Shown here piece by piece: positions 1 to 10,291 of a DNA stretch of 52,931 bases. The stretch spans positions 1 to 52,931 of the forward strand of contig JBDTJR010000010.1 in assembly GCA_039935735.1 (NCBI GenBank), read 5' to 3'. The notes beneath the pieces are model-generated. The model saw nothing but the letters and a program-made list of their open reading frames with translations. It did no database searches and was not told where the DNA came from. Origin of the DNA: Chthoniobacterales bacterium. Lineage in GTDB: Bacteria > Verrucomicrobiota > Verrucomicrobiia > Chthoniobacterales > JBDTJR01. The translations under genes and the position numbers were made by a program. How positions within the stretch are numbered: position 1 is the first letter of the stretch; the number at the start of each line of letters is the position of its first letter.

Positions 1-1
1 A

Positions 2-3000
2 ACACTCGGCGCCCTTTCTCTTGGAGGAAATACACTGATTCTAAAAGCTGGCACCAATGTGACATCCGGAACAGCCGGACTGACTTTTGGCGCCACTACC
101 CTGACCGGCGATACAAGCTTTAATATCACGTCATCCATTCTCACTCTCGCTTCTGTCAGCGGCAGTGGAAATATCACGGAGGCCGGTAACGGCGGCGGAC
201 AATTCGTGATTCCCGGCACGATTGCAACAGGCACTGGATCGATCACTGTAAGCAGCGGAACGCTCACGCTCTCGGGTAATAATAGCTACAGCGGTGGCAC
301 CAGTATCGGCGGTGCAACGACGGTGAATGCCACCAATTCCAATGCTCTTGGCACGGGTAATGTTGCCGTTAACGGCACTTTGCAATTGTCCGGCGATAGC
401 GCCCTCACACTTGGTAATACTGTCAGTTCATCCTCCGGTGGAACGTTTGCTTCTGACCGCTTAACGAACGGTGCCGGGGTAACTCACAACCTGGGAGCTC
501 TAACGGCTGGCAACAATGTCTTCACTTCGATTATATCGGTGAATGCTGGCAGTCACGTGACTTCCGGTACCGCAGGCATCTCGTTTACTTCGGCCGTTTT
601 AAACGGTGATCTTGCTCTAAACATAGCCAATAGCGCGCAGCTTACACTCGGTTCGGTTACCGGCACGGATACAAATTTGTTTATCCAGGCCGGTTACAAT
701 GGCAATCTCAACATTATCGGAAACATCGATACCGGGGCCGGATTTATCAGTTTGCAATCCAACAGCATAGTGACGCTTTCCGGTACCAATAGTTACAGCG
801 GGGGCACCTACATCTTCGGCGGCACGATGAAAGCTACCAATAATTCCGCACTCGGTACTGACGTCGTTTATCTCGGGGGTGGCTGGCTTAACCTCGCCAG
901 TGACTCCGCGCTTCATTACAGCAACAACGTCGAAGTGGGTTATTACGCCACGATCTTTTCCGATCGCGCCACTGCCGGTGCGGGCGTTACGCATATCATT
1001 GATACCATGCTTTTTGATGATGCCTATTCGCTAACCGTGTCAAAGGGAGCCAATGTGACTTCCGGGACTGCGGGATTGAGTATTGGCGCCGTTACCTTGA
1101 CGACGGACGGCGCATCTTTTGCGCCGGATTCGGGCGTTCAACTTACGATCGGAACAATCACCGGTACCGACACGGGCTGGAGTAATAATGGCAATGGCGC
1201 AATCACAGTCACCGGTGCGATGTCCCTCGGTGCGGGTTCGGTTTCACAGAATGGCGGCACGTTGACGCTTAACAGCAGCAACAGCTATAGCGGTGGAACC
1301 GATATTGCTTCCGGAACATTACGCATCACTAATAGCGGCGCGATGGGATCCGGTAACATAGCGATGGATGGAGGAACACTCACACTCGCCGATGATACGG
1401 GTTTGACACTTAGCAACGCCTCGACTGTTCCCACCAACAGTACGATCACATCAGATCGGTTAACGTCCGGAGCGGGAATTACTCATACATTGGGCACACT
1501 CTCCATCGGAGCAAGAACCCTGACGGTGAATAAGGGCGCCAATGTGAGTTCCGGCACCGCCGGAATCACCTACGGCGCTGTCACGCTCACTGGTAATGCG
1601 ACCTTTAAACCCTCAACCGGCACATTGCTTACACTTGCTTCGGTAACTGGTACTAATCGCAGCTTTAGCGATACTGGTGCAGGGAATTTGACGATCCCCG
1701 GCATTATCGCCACGGGCTCGGGCACCGTCACACAATCCGGCACCGGTAATCTGACGCTTAATGGCACAAACACTTATACCGGTGGCTTCACGGCAACCGG
1801 CGGCACGACCACGATCGGAAATACCAAGGCTTTCGGCACTGGCACGCTTACCCTTAATGGCGGCACCATTAAGGGAGATGGGTCGGACTATACGCTGGCC
1901 AACGTCATTTCGTTGGCTGCCGCATCCACTATCAGCGGCGCTTCCAACCTCACATTCAGCGGCGCTTTAACAAATTCCCTAACCGCCAACACACTCACGA
2001 ATAACGGGACGGGTGATCTCAGCCTGGCTGCCATTAATATTTCAAACAGTAATACCGCCAGGGGTATCACATTTGCGGGCACCGGTGATACAGAAATCAC
2101 CGGCGTTATCGCCAATGGAGGTACGGGTGCCGGTGCAATTACCAAGACGGGTGCGGGCACGCTGACTCTTTCCGGTACCGCGAATACCTACACAGGCGTG
2201 ACGACGATCACGTCTGGCATATTAAGCACGGCGACGTTTGCGGCGGGCGGCTCAAACAGTGGCATCGGCAAGGCTCCTGCTGCGGGAGGCAATATCGTTC
2301 TTAATGGCGGAACTTTGCAATATACCGGTGCAGCAGTCAGCACGGATCGTCTTTTCACGGTGACTACCGGTGGCGGTGCGCTGGATGCTTCCGGCACCGG
2401 AGCAGTCAATTTCAGCAATACCGGAGCCCTTCTCTATACAACTACCGGCGCTCGTACTCTGACCTTGACGGGAACGAATACGGGCGCAAATACGTTGGCC
2501 TCTATTCTCGCAAACGGCCCCAGCACCAGCGTCACAGCCATGACGAAGACGGGCGCGGGTAAATGGATTCTTTCCGGCGCAAACACCTACACCGGGGTGA
2601 CCACGGTCACAGCTGGCACATTAAGCACGGCATCATTTGCAAACGGCGGCACAGCCAGCGGCATCGGCAAGGCGACCAATGCGGGTGGCAATCTGGTTCT
2701 TAATGGCGGAACATTGCAATATACCGGTGCAGCAGTCAGCACCAATCGTCTTTTCACGGTGACCGCTTCCGGCGGTGCGCTGGACGCTTCCGGCAGCGGG
2801 GCCGTTAATTTCACCGGCACGGGGCCCACGCTCTTTAGCGGCAGTGGAACACGCACACTGACCCTGACCGGAAGCAATGCAGGCGCAAATACGCTTGCGG
2901 CGGTTCTTGGAGACGGCACTGGCGGTGCCACGAGCCTGACCAAAACGGGCGATGGCACATGGGTTCTTTCCGGTGCGAATACCTACACCGGCCTGGTCAA

Positions 3001-4363
3001 CGTTAGTGACGGGTTGCTCTCGATCAATGCGATTGCGGCAAACGGAACTGCCCAGCCTCTGGGTAAGGGAACCGGCGCAATCACTCTGGGTGACACCGCG
3101 ACACTGCGTTACACCTCCAACTCGGCTGCCACACTGGCCCGCGCATTGACCGTATCGGCCGGCACGGGAACAATCAGCAATACTGGCAGCGGTGTATTGA
3201 CACTTTCCGGCACATTGACCAAGGCGAATACGGTTCTGGCATTCTCCGGCGGAAAATTCGATATCAGCGGCCAGATTACGGGAGGAACCGGCAGCACTTT
3301 TAATTCCGACCTCGTAATTAACAACGCAACCGACATCACACTCGACAATACTGACAATGATTACGCCGGTCCCACTTACGTGTATGGCGGCGCAGCGTTG
3401 AGAAATGGTGCGAATAACGTGCTTCCATTAGGCACCACTCTCACGCTTGGTGATGCCACAGATGGCGCGGTGACGAACACCTATGATCTCAACACCCATA
3501 CTCAGAGCATCGGAGCGATCACCAGCGTCAGCCACGGTGGAAACATTAATAAGATAACCAATGCCGGATCTTCTGCCGCTACGCTTACGCTCACCGGTAT
3601 CCAGGGAGCAATTACTCCCGTGAGCAGTAACTTCGGCGGAACCCTTGTCGACGGTCTGTCAGGAACCACAGCGCTCACTTTGTCAGGAGGCACCCACAAA
3701 TTTACCGGTGCGAATACTTATAGCGGAGGCACCACGGTTGCTGCTGGCGCCAAGTTCATTGCAAGCAATACCACCGGTTCCGCAACAGGTGTGGGAAATG
3801 TGAACATCGCAGTTGGCGCTACGCTCGCAGGATCAGGAATCCTTGCACCTACCGGCACCAATTCCATCACCGTCCTCGGCACGTTGGCTCCGGGTGATAT
3901 TGAAGTCATTAATACGCTTTCGCTCGATGGCAGCAGCAACTCAGCGGCGCATCTTCTTACGCTGGGCACAGGGGCGACGCTTGAGTTTGATCTTGATGTC
4001 TCACTGGCCAGTGATCGAATCGCGCTGCTTAGCAATTCCGTCGGTGGCATTTCCTTTAATGACAATGTTATTAATTTCACAGATTTGTCCGATGGCAACC
4101 TTGCTTACGGCAGCTACACGCTCTTCACCGCGCCAAACCTTACTGATTACAGCGGCCTTACGGTGGACGGCAACGGCAACATTATTGGCGGCCTTACCAT
4201 CGGAACAGGCGTGTCAGACTTTAATGCCAATCTCTCGTATTCCGGAAATAATATCGTCCTGAATTTGGCTGCCGTACCGGAACCCTCAACCTGGTTGCTC
4301 CTCGTTATCGGTTTCAGCGGTCTGTTTTTCGTAAGGAAAAAGAAGTTTGTAAAAATCCTGTAG
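2..4363 (+). CDS. Giant surface protein with autotransporter-associated beta-strand (PATR-type) repeats and a C-terminal PEP-CTERM sorting signal; 5' end lies outside the window
   Basis: The frame is open from base 2 (TLGALSLGGNTLILKAGTN precedes the track's GTG at 59), and this upstream stretch matches internal repeats such as HTLGTLSIGARTLTVNKGANVSSGTAG. The protein is full of Gly/Thr/Ala-rich L.L.G.NTYTGGT..GGTL units. The C-terminus VPEPSTWLLLVIGFSGLFFVRKKK (VPEP at 4274-4285) has PEP motif, TM helix and basic tail. Confidence 0.85.
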   Translation, partial: TLGALSLGGNTLILKAGTNVTSGTAGLTFGATTLTGDTSFNITSSILTLASVSGSGNITEAGNGGGQFVIPGTIATGTGSITVSSGTLTLSGNNSYSGGTSIGGATTVNATNSNALGTGNVAVNGTLQLSGDSALTLGNTVSSSSGGTFASDRLTNGAGVTHNLGALTAGNNVFTSIISVNAGSHVTSGTAGISFTSAVLNGDLALNIANSAQLTLGSVTGTDTNLFIQAGYNGNLNIIGNIDTGAGFISLQSNSIVTLSGTNSYSGGTYIFGGTMKATNNSALGTDVVYLGGGWLNLASDSALHYSNNVEVGYYATIFSDRATAGAGVTHIIDTMLFDDAYSLTVSKGANVTSGTAGLSIGAVTLTTDGASFAPDSGVQLTIGTITGTDTGWSNNGNGAITVTGAMSLGAGSVSQNGGTLTLNSSNSYSGGTDIASGTLRITNSGAMGSGNIAMDGGTLTLADDTGLTLSNASTVPTNSTITSDRLTSGAGITHTLGTLSIGARTLTVNKGANVSSGTAGITYGAVTLTGNATFKPSTGTLLTLASVTGTNRSFSDTGAGNLTIPGIIATGSGTVTQSGTGNLTLNGTNTYTGGFTATGGTTTIGNTKAFGTGTLTLNGGTIKGDGSDYTLANVISLAAASTISGASNLTFSGALTNSLTANTLTNNGTGDLSLAAINISNSNTARGITFAGTGDTEITGVIANGGTGAGAITKTGAGTLTLSGTANTYTGVTTITSGILSTATFAAGGSNSGIGKAPAAGGNIVLNGGTLQYTGAAVSTDRLFTVTTGGGALDASGTGAVNFSNTGALLYTTTGARTLTLTGTNTGANTLASILANGPSTSVTAMTKTGAGKWILSGANTYTGVTTVTAGTLSTASFANGGTASGIGKATNAGGNLVLNGGTLQYTGAAVSTNRLFTVTASGGALDASGSGAVNFTGTGPTLFSGSGTRTLTLTGSNAGANTLAAVLGDGTGGATSLTKTGDGTWVLSGANTYTGLVNVSDGLLSINAIAANGTAQPLGKGTGAITLGDTATLRYTSNSAATLARALTVSAGTGTISNTGSGVLTLSGTLTKANTVLAFSGGKFDISGQITGGTGSTFNSDLVINNATDITLDNTDNDYAGPTYVYGGAALRNGANNVLPLGTTLTLGDATDGAVTNTYDLNTHTQSIGAITSVSHGGNINKITNAGSSAATLTLTGIQGAITPVSSNFGGTLVDGLSGTTALTLSGGTHKFTGANTYSGGTTVAAGAKFIASNTTGSATGVGNVNIAVGATLAGSGILAPTGTNSITVLGTLAPGDIEVINTLSLDGSSNSAAHLLTLGTGATLEFDLDVSLASDRIALLSNSVGGISFNDNVINFTDLSDGNLAYGSYTLFTAPNLTDYSGLTVDGNGNIIGGLTIGTGVSDFNANLSYSGNNIVLNLAAVPEPSTWLLLVIGFSGLFFVRKKKFVKIL
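2141..2938 (+). repeat. Intragenic tandem duplication of about 400 bp (units 2141-2542 and 2543-2938) inside the PATR protein gene
   Basis: Both units start TKTGAG..LSG..NTYTGVTT and are collinear over about 133 aa. The core 2300-2364 differs from 2699-2763 at only 3 of 65 nt (offset 399 bp). Confidence 0.85.
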
Positions 4364-4406
4364 GTTTTGAGGCAACGCCCCTTTTTGCCTTGAAGCTGCT
4401 CACCTT

Positions 4407-5990
4407 GTGGGGAAGGCTGTGGGAGGAATGAAATTCTCTTTCCTCAAAAACGCACTCGCGATTCTTCTTTGTCTCTTCGTCTTCCACTCGCTTTCATTTG
4501 CGGCGGAAACTCCGAAAGGAAAAGCCTCTCATATCGTCATTATTGTTTGGGACGGGTTGCGGCCTGACATGGTCACGGCGAAAAATACGCCCACTCTATA
4601 TAAGTTTTCACAGGAGGGGACATTTTTTACGCATCATCATGCTGTTTACCCCAGCACGACGGAGGTCAATGGCACAGCGCTCGCCACCGGCATGTATCCC
4701 GAGCACAGCGGCATCATTGGAAACCGGGAGTTTCGCCCCCTGATTGCACCCAACGAGCCTTCGGGTATGGAAAAGCTCTCGACTATTCGCAAGGGCGAGT
4801 CGGTGATGCAGGGAAATTATCTAAAAGCGCTCACGCTTTACGAAATCCTCCAGGCAAAGGGAATCCCCACGGTCGTGGCGGGAACCAAGTCCGTCGCCCT
4901 GCTCGCAGATCGAAATGCAAAACCCTCCGAAGGCTCTTATATCGTTTATGAAGGGTCTGCATTCCCTGCGGAAATTCTGCCCAAACTCAATACGAAGTTT
5001 GGCGTTTTTTCTCCCACCCCGACTTATCCGGATAAAGAGCAAAACACATGGACTACTCGCGTGCTGCTGGAAGAGTTATGGAAAAATGATGTTCCGAAAC
5101 TTTCTCTGCTCTGGCTTAGCGATCCTGACTACTCCCAGCATCACTCCCAGCCCGGAAGCGTCGAGGCGCTCGCCGCGCTTAAAGCTAATGATGACCTCCT
5201 CGGAAAATTACTTGCCACGCTGGACGCCAAAGGCATTCGTGAAAAAACAGATATCCTCCTCGTTTCCGATCATGGTTTTTCGACGACAGAGCAGGTCGTG
5301 GACTTTTCCACACTGCTCATTGATGCAGGCTTCAAAGCGAGGCGGAAATTTTTAGCTAAGCCAACCGCAGGAGACATTCTTGTCGTAAGCAATGGCGCCA
5401 GCACCTTTTTCTATGTCACCGATCGTAATAAGGAAACCACGCACAAACTTGTGGATTTTCTGCAACACTGCAAATGCAGCGGCGTCATTCTTTCAAAAGA
5501 AGTGTTCCCAGGAACCTTTACGCTAAAGACCGCACTTCTCGATACACCTGACGCGCCTGATGTCATCGTATCCATGCCTTGGAATGACAGGGCCAATGCC
5601 TCGGGCGTGAAAGGACTCCTTTACTCCGACTCGGGCACACCGCGCGATCCCGGTTATGGAACGCATGGCTCTCTCAGCCGTTATGATATGCATAACACAC
5701 TGATCGCTGCTGGCCCGGATTTTCGCAAAAGCTTTAAAGACGAACTTCCCAGCGGCAATACCGATCTCGCGCCTACCGTGCTTTGGATTCTCGGCATTGA
5801 TGCCCCTAAAAAAATGGATGGCCGAGTCCTTACGGAAGCTCTGATAAACTCCCACTCCTCAACCCTTCACTCCGAAGAAAAGACTCTGGAAGCGAATGGT
5901 AAAAATCTCCCATGGCATCAATATTTGAAAACAAGCACCGTCGGCAGCACTCTGTACTTCGATGAAGGCAATGGAGGACAAACCAAATGA
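4407..5990 (+). CDS. Secreted nucleotide pyrophosphatase/phosphodiesterase (alkaline-phosphatase superfamily, NPP type)
   Basis: Signal peptide present. VIIVWDGLRPD, YPSTTEVNGTALATGMYPEHSGIIGN and LVSDHGF match NPP/AP-superfamily metal and nucleophile motifs. The track start is GTG 4407; ATG 4428 (MKFSFLKNALAILL) is an equally plausible start. Confidence 0.8.
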   Translation: MGKAVGGMKFSFLKNALAILLCLFVFHSLSFAAETPKGKASHIVIIVWDGLRPDMVTAKNTPTLYKFSQEGTFFTHHHAVYPSTTEVNGTALATGMYPEHSGIIGNREFRPLIAPNEPSGMEKLSTIRKGESVMQGNYLKALTLYEILQAKGIPTVVAGTKSVALLADRNAKPSEGSYIVYEGSAFPAEILPKLNTKFGVFSPTPTYPDKEQNTWTTRVLLEELWKNDVPKLSLLWLSDPDYSQHHSQPGSVEALAALKANDDLLGKLLATLDAKGIREKTDILLVSDHGFSTTEQVVDFSTLLIDAGFKARRKFLAKPTAGDILVVSNGASTFFYVTDRNKETTHKLVDFLQHCKCSGVILSKEVFPGTFTLKTALLDTPDAPDVIVSMPWNDRANASGVKGLLYSDSGTPRDPGYGTHGSLSRYDMHNTLIAAGPDFRKSFKDELPSGNTDLAPTVLWILGIDAPKKMDGRVLTEALINSHSSTLHSEEKTLEANGKNLPWHQYLKTSTVGSTLYFDEGNGGQTK

Positions 5991-6454
5991 ATCCCCTCGC
6001 CCAGGAACATCGCGAAATAGAACGCCGCTTCCTCGTGGAGCAACCTCCGGACTTAAGCACCCTTGAGCATCACGAAGTCTCGCAGGGGTACCTTACCAGC
6101 ATGCCTACCATAGTCCGTATACGGAACATCGGTGATACGCAGTTCTTCCTCACCGTGAAGCGCGGCGCGCAAGCCAATCACGAGGAACGCGAAATCAATC
6201 TTTCAAAGGAACAGTTCGAAGCGCTCTGGCCTGTCACTACCGGAAGACGTATTTGTAAAACCCGATACCTGATTCCTCATGGAAACCTGCTCATCGAGCT
6301 GGACGTTTTTCAGGGCTCGCACACGGGATTACGAATTGCGGAAATCGAATTTCCCGGTATCGCGGAGGCAAAGGCTTTCGTTCCTCTTCCCTGGTTCGGA
6401 CGGGAAGTCACGGAAGATATCGCCTATGCAAATGTCAGCCTAGCCACGGAGTAA
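5987..6454 (+). CDS. CYTH-domain (triphosphate tunnel metalloenzyme / CyaB-like) protein
   Basis: N-terminal EIERRFLV (ExExK-type signature) and about 155 aa size are typical of CYTH. Its ATG overlaps the upstream stop as ATGA at 5987-5990. Confidence 0.8.
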   Translation: MNPLAQEHREIERRFLVEQPPDLSTLEHHEVSQGYLTSMPTIVRIRNIGDTQFFLTVKRGAQANHEEREINLSKEQFEALWPVTTGRRICKTRYLIPHGNLLIELDVFQGSHTGLRIAEIEFPGIAEAKAFVPLPWFGREVTEDIAYANVSLATE

Positions 6455-6481
6455 ATCCGCTGCTATGACTCTCCCTGTAAA

Positions 6482-8374
6482 ATGACAACGGAAGCAAAGA
6501 AAGCGGGTATCGCCGCGCTATCAATTGCCGCACTCGGCGTTGTCTTCGGCGATATCGGTACCAGTCCGCTTTATGCTTTCGGTACGGCGCTGCAAACCAT
6601 TCCCGATGGAAATCCTGGCGATGTCATTGCGATCGCCTCGCTTATTGCCTGGGCACTCATCATTATTGTAACGCTGAAATACGTCATGATCGTGATGCGC
6701 GCGGACTTTAATGGCGAAGGCGGTATTTTTGCGCTCTACGCCATTATAAGAAAAACCCAGCTTCCAATCCGAATCTGGAGACCGCTTTCCCTAATACTCG
6801 TGATCGGTGCGGCGCTTCTTTATGGAGATGGCACGATTACTCCCGCGATTTCTGTTTTAAGCGCCGTAGAGGGTTTGCAAACCGTGGATATGGCACTAAA
6901 GCCCTGGGTGATTCCAATTACCGCCGTAGTTCTGATTCTTCTTTTCAGTGTGCAACGAATTGGAACGGGGAAACTCGGACGTTTTTTTGGCTACATCATG
7001 CTCTTCTGGTTTATCTGCATCGGCGTAATGGGGTTTATGCAGATTGTGCATACTCCAGTGGTGCTTCAGGCGCTGTTGCCGTGGGTAGGAGTGAGCTTCA
7101 TGTTCCACCATATCAAGCTTACTTTTTATGTGCTTGGTGCTGTGGTATTGGCGGTCACCGGTGCGGAAGCTCTTTACGCAGATCTCGGCCATTTTGGCAG
7201 ACGTCCCATCTCGATCGCCTGGCATGGAGTTGCTCTTCCAGCTCTGCTTCTAAATTACCTAGGTCAGGCAGCGGCAGTTGTTCACGATCCGTCCCTTAAA
7301 AGTAATTCCAACCTTTTCTACATGCTTCTCCCGGAAGGCGGCTTACGCATGGGAATGATTTTACTCGCCACGGTGACTACCGTGATTGCTTCACAGGCTT
7401 TGATCAGCGGAATCTTCTCCCTCACCAGCCAGGCAGTCGATTTGAATTACCTCCCACGTTTTGCCGTCTTCCATACCAGTTCCTCCCAGCGCGGTCAGAT
7501 TTACATGCCGGCTATCAATTGGCTTCTTGCTGCCATCTGCTTATTGCTTGTCATTACTTTTAAAACCAGCGACTCACTCGCCGGGGCGTATGGACTAGCT
7601 GTTACCGGCACGATGATTTGCACCACTGCGGGTTTGGGCTTCGTGTTACGTTGTGTGAAGGGCTGGAACCTTTGGGCCGTCATCGGGGTATGCGGAGGCC
7701 TTCTGCTTGTCGAGGGGTGCTTCCTGATATCATGCACTTTTAAACTTCTTCATGGCGGCTATGTCCCAGTTATCCTCGGCGGCGGAATGATGGCGATCAT
7801 GATAGCATGGAAATCTGGGCGCCGGCTTATCCGTGAGGAAGTACTGGAAAATGGAAATACCCCCGAAGAGTTTGCAAAAATGTTTTCGGATCAAGCCGTG
7901 CCTCGCGTTCCAGGCACGATCGTTTTTGTCGGAAGACGCCCTGATGGCATTCTCGCCGTCGCTGTCGCAAAGGAGTACCTGCGCAGAACCGGCTCTGTGC
8001 AGCAAAACATTATCATTCTTACCCTCAGCACCAGTTGGACAAATCCCTACTCTGCCGTCCACACCCTCAGCACAAAGGAATACGAAAACGGCATCACGCA
8101 CGTGAATGCCTCCTATGGTTATATGATTACTCCCGATGCTCCCCGCTTCGTCGCGGAGGCGAATGAAAAACTCGGCGGCAAATTGTTCGCCGATCCTGAA
8201 GAAACCTTTTACGTGATTTTCCATGAAGTTATTTACGAAGCCTCAGGTCGTCTTATGTCCGCATGGCGACGCAATCTTTTTTCATGGTTGAGCCGTAACG
8301 TACAGCCCGCCCAAAACTATCTTTATGTTCCACCACGTCAGATCGTGGAATTCAGTTGGATGATGCGCCTCTAA
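6482..8374 (+). CDS. kup: KUP/HAK/KT potassium uptake transporter
   Basis: Hallmark GVVFGDIGTSPLYAF near the N-terminus, GAEALYADLGHFG, about 12 hydrophobic segments and a cytoplasmic C-terminal domain; 630 aa. Confidence 0.95.
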   Translation: MTTEAKKAGIAALSIAALGVVFGDIGTSPLYAFGTALQTIPDGNPGDVIAIASLIAWALIIIVTLKYVMIVMRADFNGEGGIFALYAIIRKTQLPIRIWRPLSLILVIGAALLYGDGTITPAISVLSAVEGLQTVDMALKPWVIPITAVVLILLFSVQRIGTGKLGRFFGYIMLFWFICIGVMGFMQIVHTPVVLQALLPWVGVSFMFHHIKLTFYVLGAVVLAVTGAEALYADLGHFGRRPISIAWHGVALPALLLNYLGQAAAVVHDPSLKSNSNLFYMLLPEGGLRMGMILLATVTTVIASQALISGIFSLTSQAVDLNYLPRFAVFHTSSSQRGQIYMPAINWLLAAICLLLVITFKTSDSLAGAYGLAVTGTMICTTAGLGFVLRCVKGWNLWAVIGVCGGLLLVEGCFLISCTFKLLHGGYVPVILGGGMMAIMIAWKSGRRLIREEVLENGNTPEEFAKMFSDQAVPRVPGTIVFVGRRPDGILAVAVAKEYLRRTGSVQQNIIILTLSTSWTNPYSAVHTLSTKEYENGITHVNASYGYMITPDAPRFVAEANEKLGGKLFADPEETFYVIFHEVIYEASGRLMSAWRRNLFSWLSRNVQPAQNYLYVPPRQIVEFSWMMRL

Positions 8375-8375
8375 A

Positions 8376-8963
8376 ATGCCCGTCAAAAAAACATCAAAAG
8401 CCATTGCTCGCTGCGCATGGTGCCCGATAGAAGACCCCTTGTATGTGAAATACCACGACAAGGAATGGGGTCGCCCGGAATACGATGGCCGAAAACTTTT
8501 CGAAATGATTAATCTCGAAGGTGCCCAGGCTGGCCTCAGTTGGCGAACCGTTCTTCATAAAAGAGAGAATTACCGAAAAGTATTTCAAAAGTTTGACCCG
8601 AAGAAACTGGCGCGCTGGACGGACAAAGACATCGCCAAAGCGCTGCTAAACGCCGGTATCATTCGCAACCGCCTGAAAGTAAATGCCGTCGTGCGCAATG
8701 CCCGTGCCTTTTTGGATCACTTTGACGCCGATTCAAAAAAGTTCTCTTCATTTTTATGGGCTTTCGTCGATGGCAGGCCCCTGATCAGGCCCCGTGCTTC
8801 CGAGATGCAATCCCGTACGGAAATCAGCGATGCAATGAGTAAGGCCCTGCAAAAGATGAATTTTACTTTTGTAGGCTCCACCATTTGCTATGCCTTCATG
8901 CAGGCTGTAGGTATGGTTAACGACCACATGACCGATTGTTTTCTCTTTAAACCGAAAAAATAA
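8376..8963 (+). CDS. tag: DNA-3-methyladenine glycosylase I
   Basis: RCAWC...YHDKEWGRP, LEGAQAGLSW, and a C-terminal H..DC zinc-snap pattern typical of Tag. Starts 2 nt after the kup stop. Confidence 0.92.
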   Translation: MPVKKTSKAIARCAWCPIEDPLYVKYHDKEWGRPEYDGRKLFEMINLEGAQAGLSWRTVLHKRENYRKVFQKFDPKKLARWTDKDIAKALLNAGIIRNRLKVNAVVRNARAFLDHFDADSKKFSSFLWAFVDGRPLIRPRASEMQSRTEISDAMSKALQKMNFTFVGSTICYAFMQAVGMVNDHMTDCFLFKPKK

Positions 8964-8966
8964 GCC

Positions 8967-9575
8967 ATGGTATCCCGCGATTCTTACGATTCGGTTGACG
9001 ACTATCTGGAATCCGTTCCGGATTTTGCAAAACCGATCTGTCTGAAACTCCGCGAGATCATCCGAAAAACCCTTCCCAAGGCAGATGAGGCCATTCGATG
9101 GGGTGCCCCCTGCTATCTCGATCAGGGGCTGATCTGCTCCTTTATAGTAGACGACGACCATGTCGCCTTAAGTTTTTTTCGCGGAATGGAAATCCCTCTC
9201 GACGACGCCATTTTCTCAAAAACAAAAGGAAAGAACCTTCGCACCGTAAAATTCAAAAAAATGGAGGATATCCCTCGTGGCCACCTCCGAAGCTGGCTAG
9301 TGGACGCGTCAAAGCTCAACGCATTTGGCCTCCCTCCCAAACGGCCTCTCACTACAGACGCTCCTTTGGATATGCCTGCAGAGTTACAGCACGCCCTCGC
9401 AAAGCATCGCGGGGCCCGCCGGAATTTTGAATCATTTCCCCTGGCCCGACGACGGGAATTTACCGAGTGGATCGCCAGTGCAAAACACCCGGAAACAAAG
9501 TTGCGTAGAGCCCAGGAATCCGCTCTCCTGTTAAAGGACAACAAGAACCTTCACGGAAAAATAAATCCTCAATGA
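8967..9575 (+). CDS. DUF1801 / YdeI (OmpD-associated) family protein
   Basis: The N-terminal half resembles the YdhG/DUF1801 fold. The C-terminal FESFPLARRREFTEWIASAKHPETKLRR matches the YdeI/OmdA signature. Confidence 0.7.
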   Translation: MVSRDSYDSVDDYLESVPDFAKPICLKLREIIRKTLPKADEAIRWGAPCYLDQGLICSFIVDDDHVALSFFRGMEIPLDDAIFSKTKGKNLRTVKFKKMEDIPRGHLRSWLVDASKLNAFGLPPKRPLTTDAPLDMPAELQHALAKHRGARRNFESFPLARRREFTEWIASAKHPETKLRRAQESALLLKDNKNLHGKINPQ

Positions 9576-10267
9576 AAATTCGACTCCTCGGATGTGGCGG
9601 TGCTTTTGAGCCGCAGGCAGGAAACTCTTCTTTTTGGGTTGAGGATTTTCATGGCGAACGCCTTCTGATCGATTGCGGATTTACGATTTACCCCCGCCTT
9701 GTAGAGTTGGGCCTCGATAAAGCTCCCGATGCGTTGTTGATCACACATCTCCATGCGGATCACTCGGGTAGTCTCTCGAATGAGATTTTATCTCTCTGGT
9801 ATCACAAGGAACAAAAGCCCGTTCGCGTCTATCTTCCCGCAGAGCATTTCCGAAAACCCTTAATGGATTTTCTGCGCCCTCAGCTACTCACACCGGAAAC
9901 TTTCGTCGACCTCGTGCCGATGCCTCCGGACAAGTGCATTATCGCCATCGATACATTCGGCGAGCACCTTCCCGATATGCCGACCTTTGGTTACGTTCTT
10001 CAGGACGAAACCGGCGCGGTAGTAATCTCCGGCGATATCGCCAATGGAACGAGTATCTTTAAGGCAATCGAGTCCTTGAATCTCAAACCTCGTTATGTAA
10101 TGCACGAGCTGACCTACAACCCTGATAATTGTGCGCACGTGCATTTTAAAAAACTGGAGCCCATGCTGGATCGCTACCAGATTTACGGATATCATTGCGA
10201 TCCTGCAAAAAAACCCGCGGATTGCGCTATTCCGCTCGCATGGGATAATCCCGAGTTCCGTTTCTAA
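9572..10267 (+). CDS. MBL-fold metallo-hydrolase
   Basis: ITHLHADHSG (HxHxDH) metallo-beta-lactamase motif. ATGA overlap with the preceding gene (9572-9575). Confidence 0.75.
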   Translation: MKIRLLGCGGAFEPQAGNSSFWVEDFHGERLLIDCGFTIYPRLVELGLDKAPDALLITHLHADHSGSLSNEILSLWYHKEQKPVRVYLPAEHFRKPLMDFLRPQLLTPETFVDLVPMPPDKCIIAIDTFGEHLPDMPTFGYVLQDETGAVVISGDIANGTSIFKAIESLNLKPRYVMHELTYNPDNCAHVHFKKLEPMLDRYQIYGYHCDPAKKPADCAIPLAWDNPEFRF

Positions 10268-10291
10268 ATCCATTACCTACGCTTTGACAAA

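Noticed and set aside
131-4262. Many 60-150-aa ORFs antisense to, or in other frames of, the giant repeat-protein gene (e.g. 617-994, 1888-2160, 2587-2958, 3718-4098, 3813-4262)
   Set aside because: They lie entirely within a long, clearly coding Gly/Thr/Ala-rich frame. Their products are low-complexity Pro/Arg/Ala strings. Codon-biased repetitive sequence suppresses stop codons in alternative frames.
4370-4390. Hairpin AGGCAA-N9-TTGCCT after the giant repeat-protein gene as a terminator
   Set aside because: The stem is only 6 bp and no T-tract follows. It is too weak to call. Similar weak hairpins at about 28176-28190 and 14380-14406 were rejected for the same reason.
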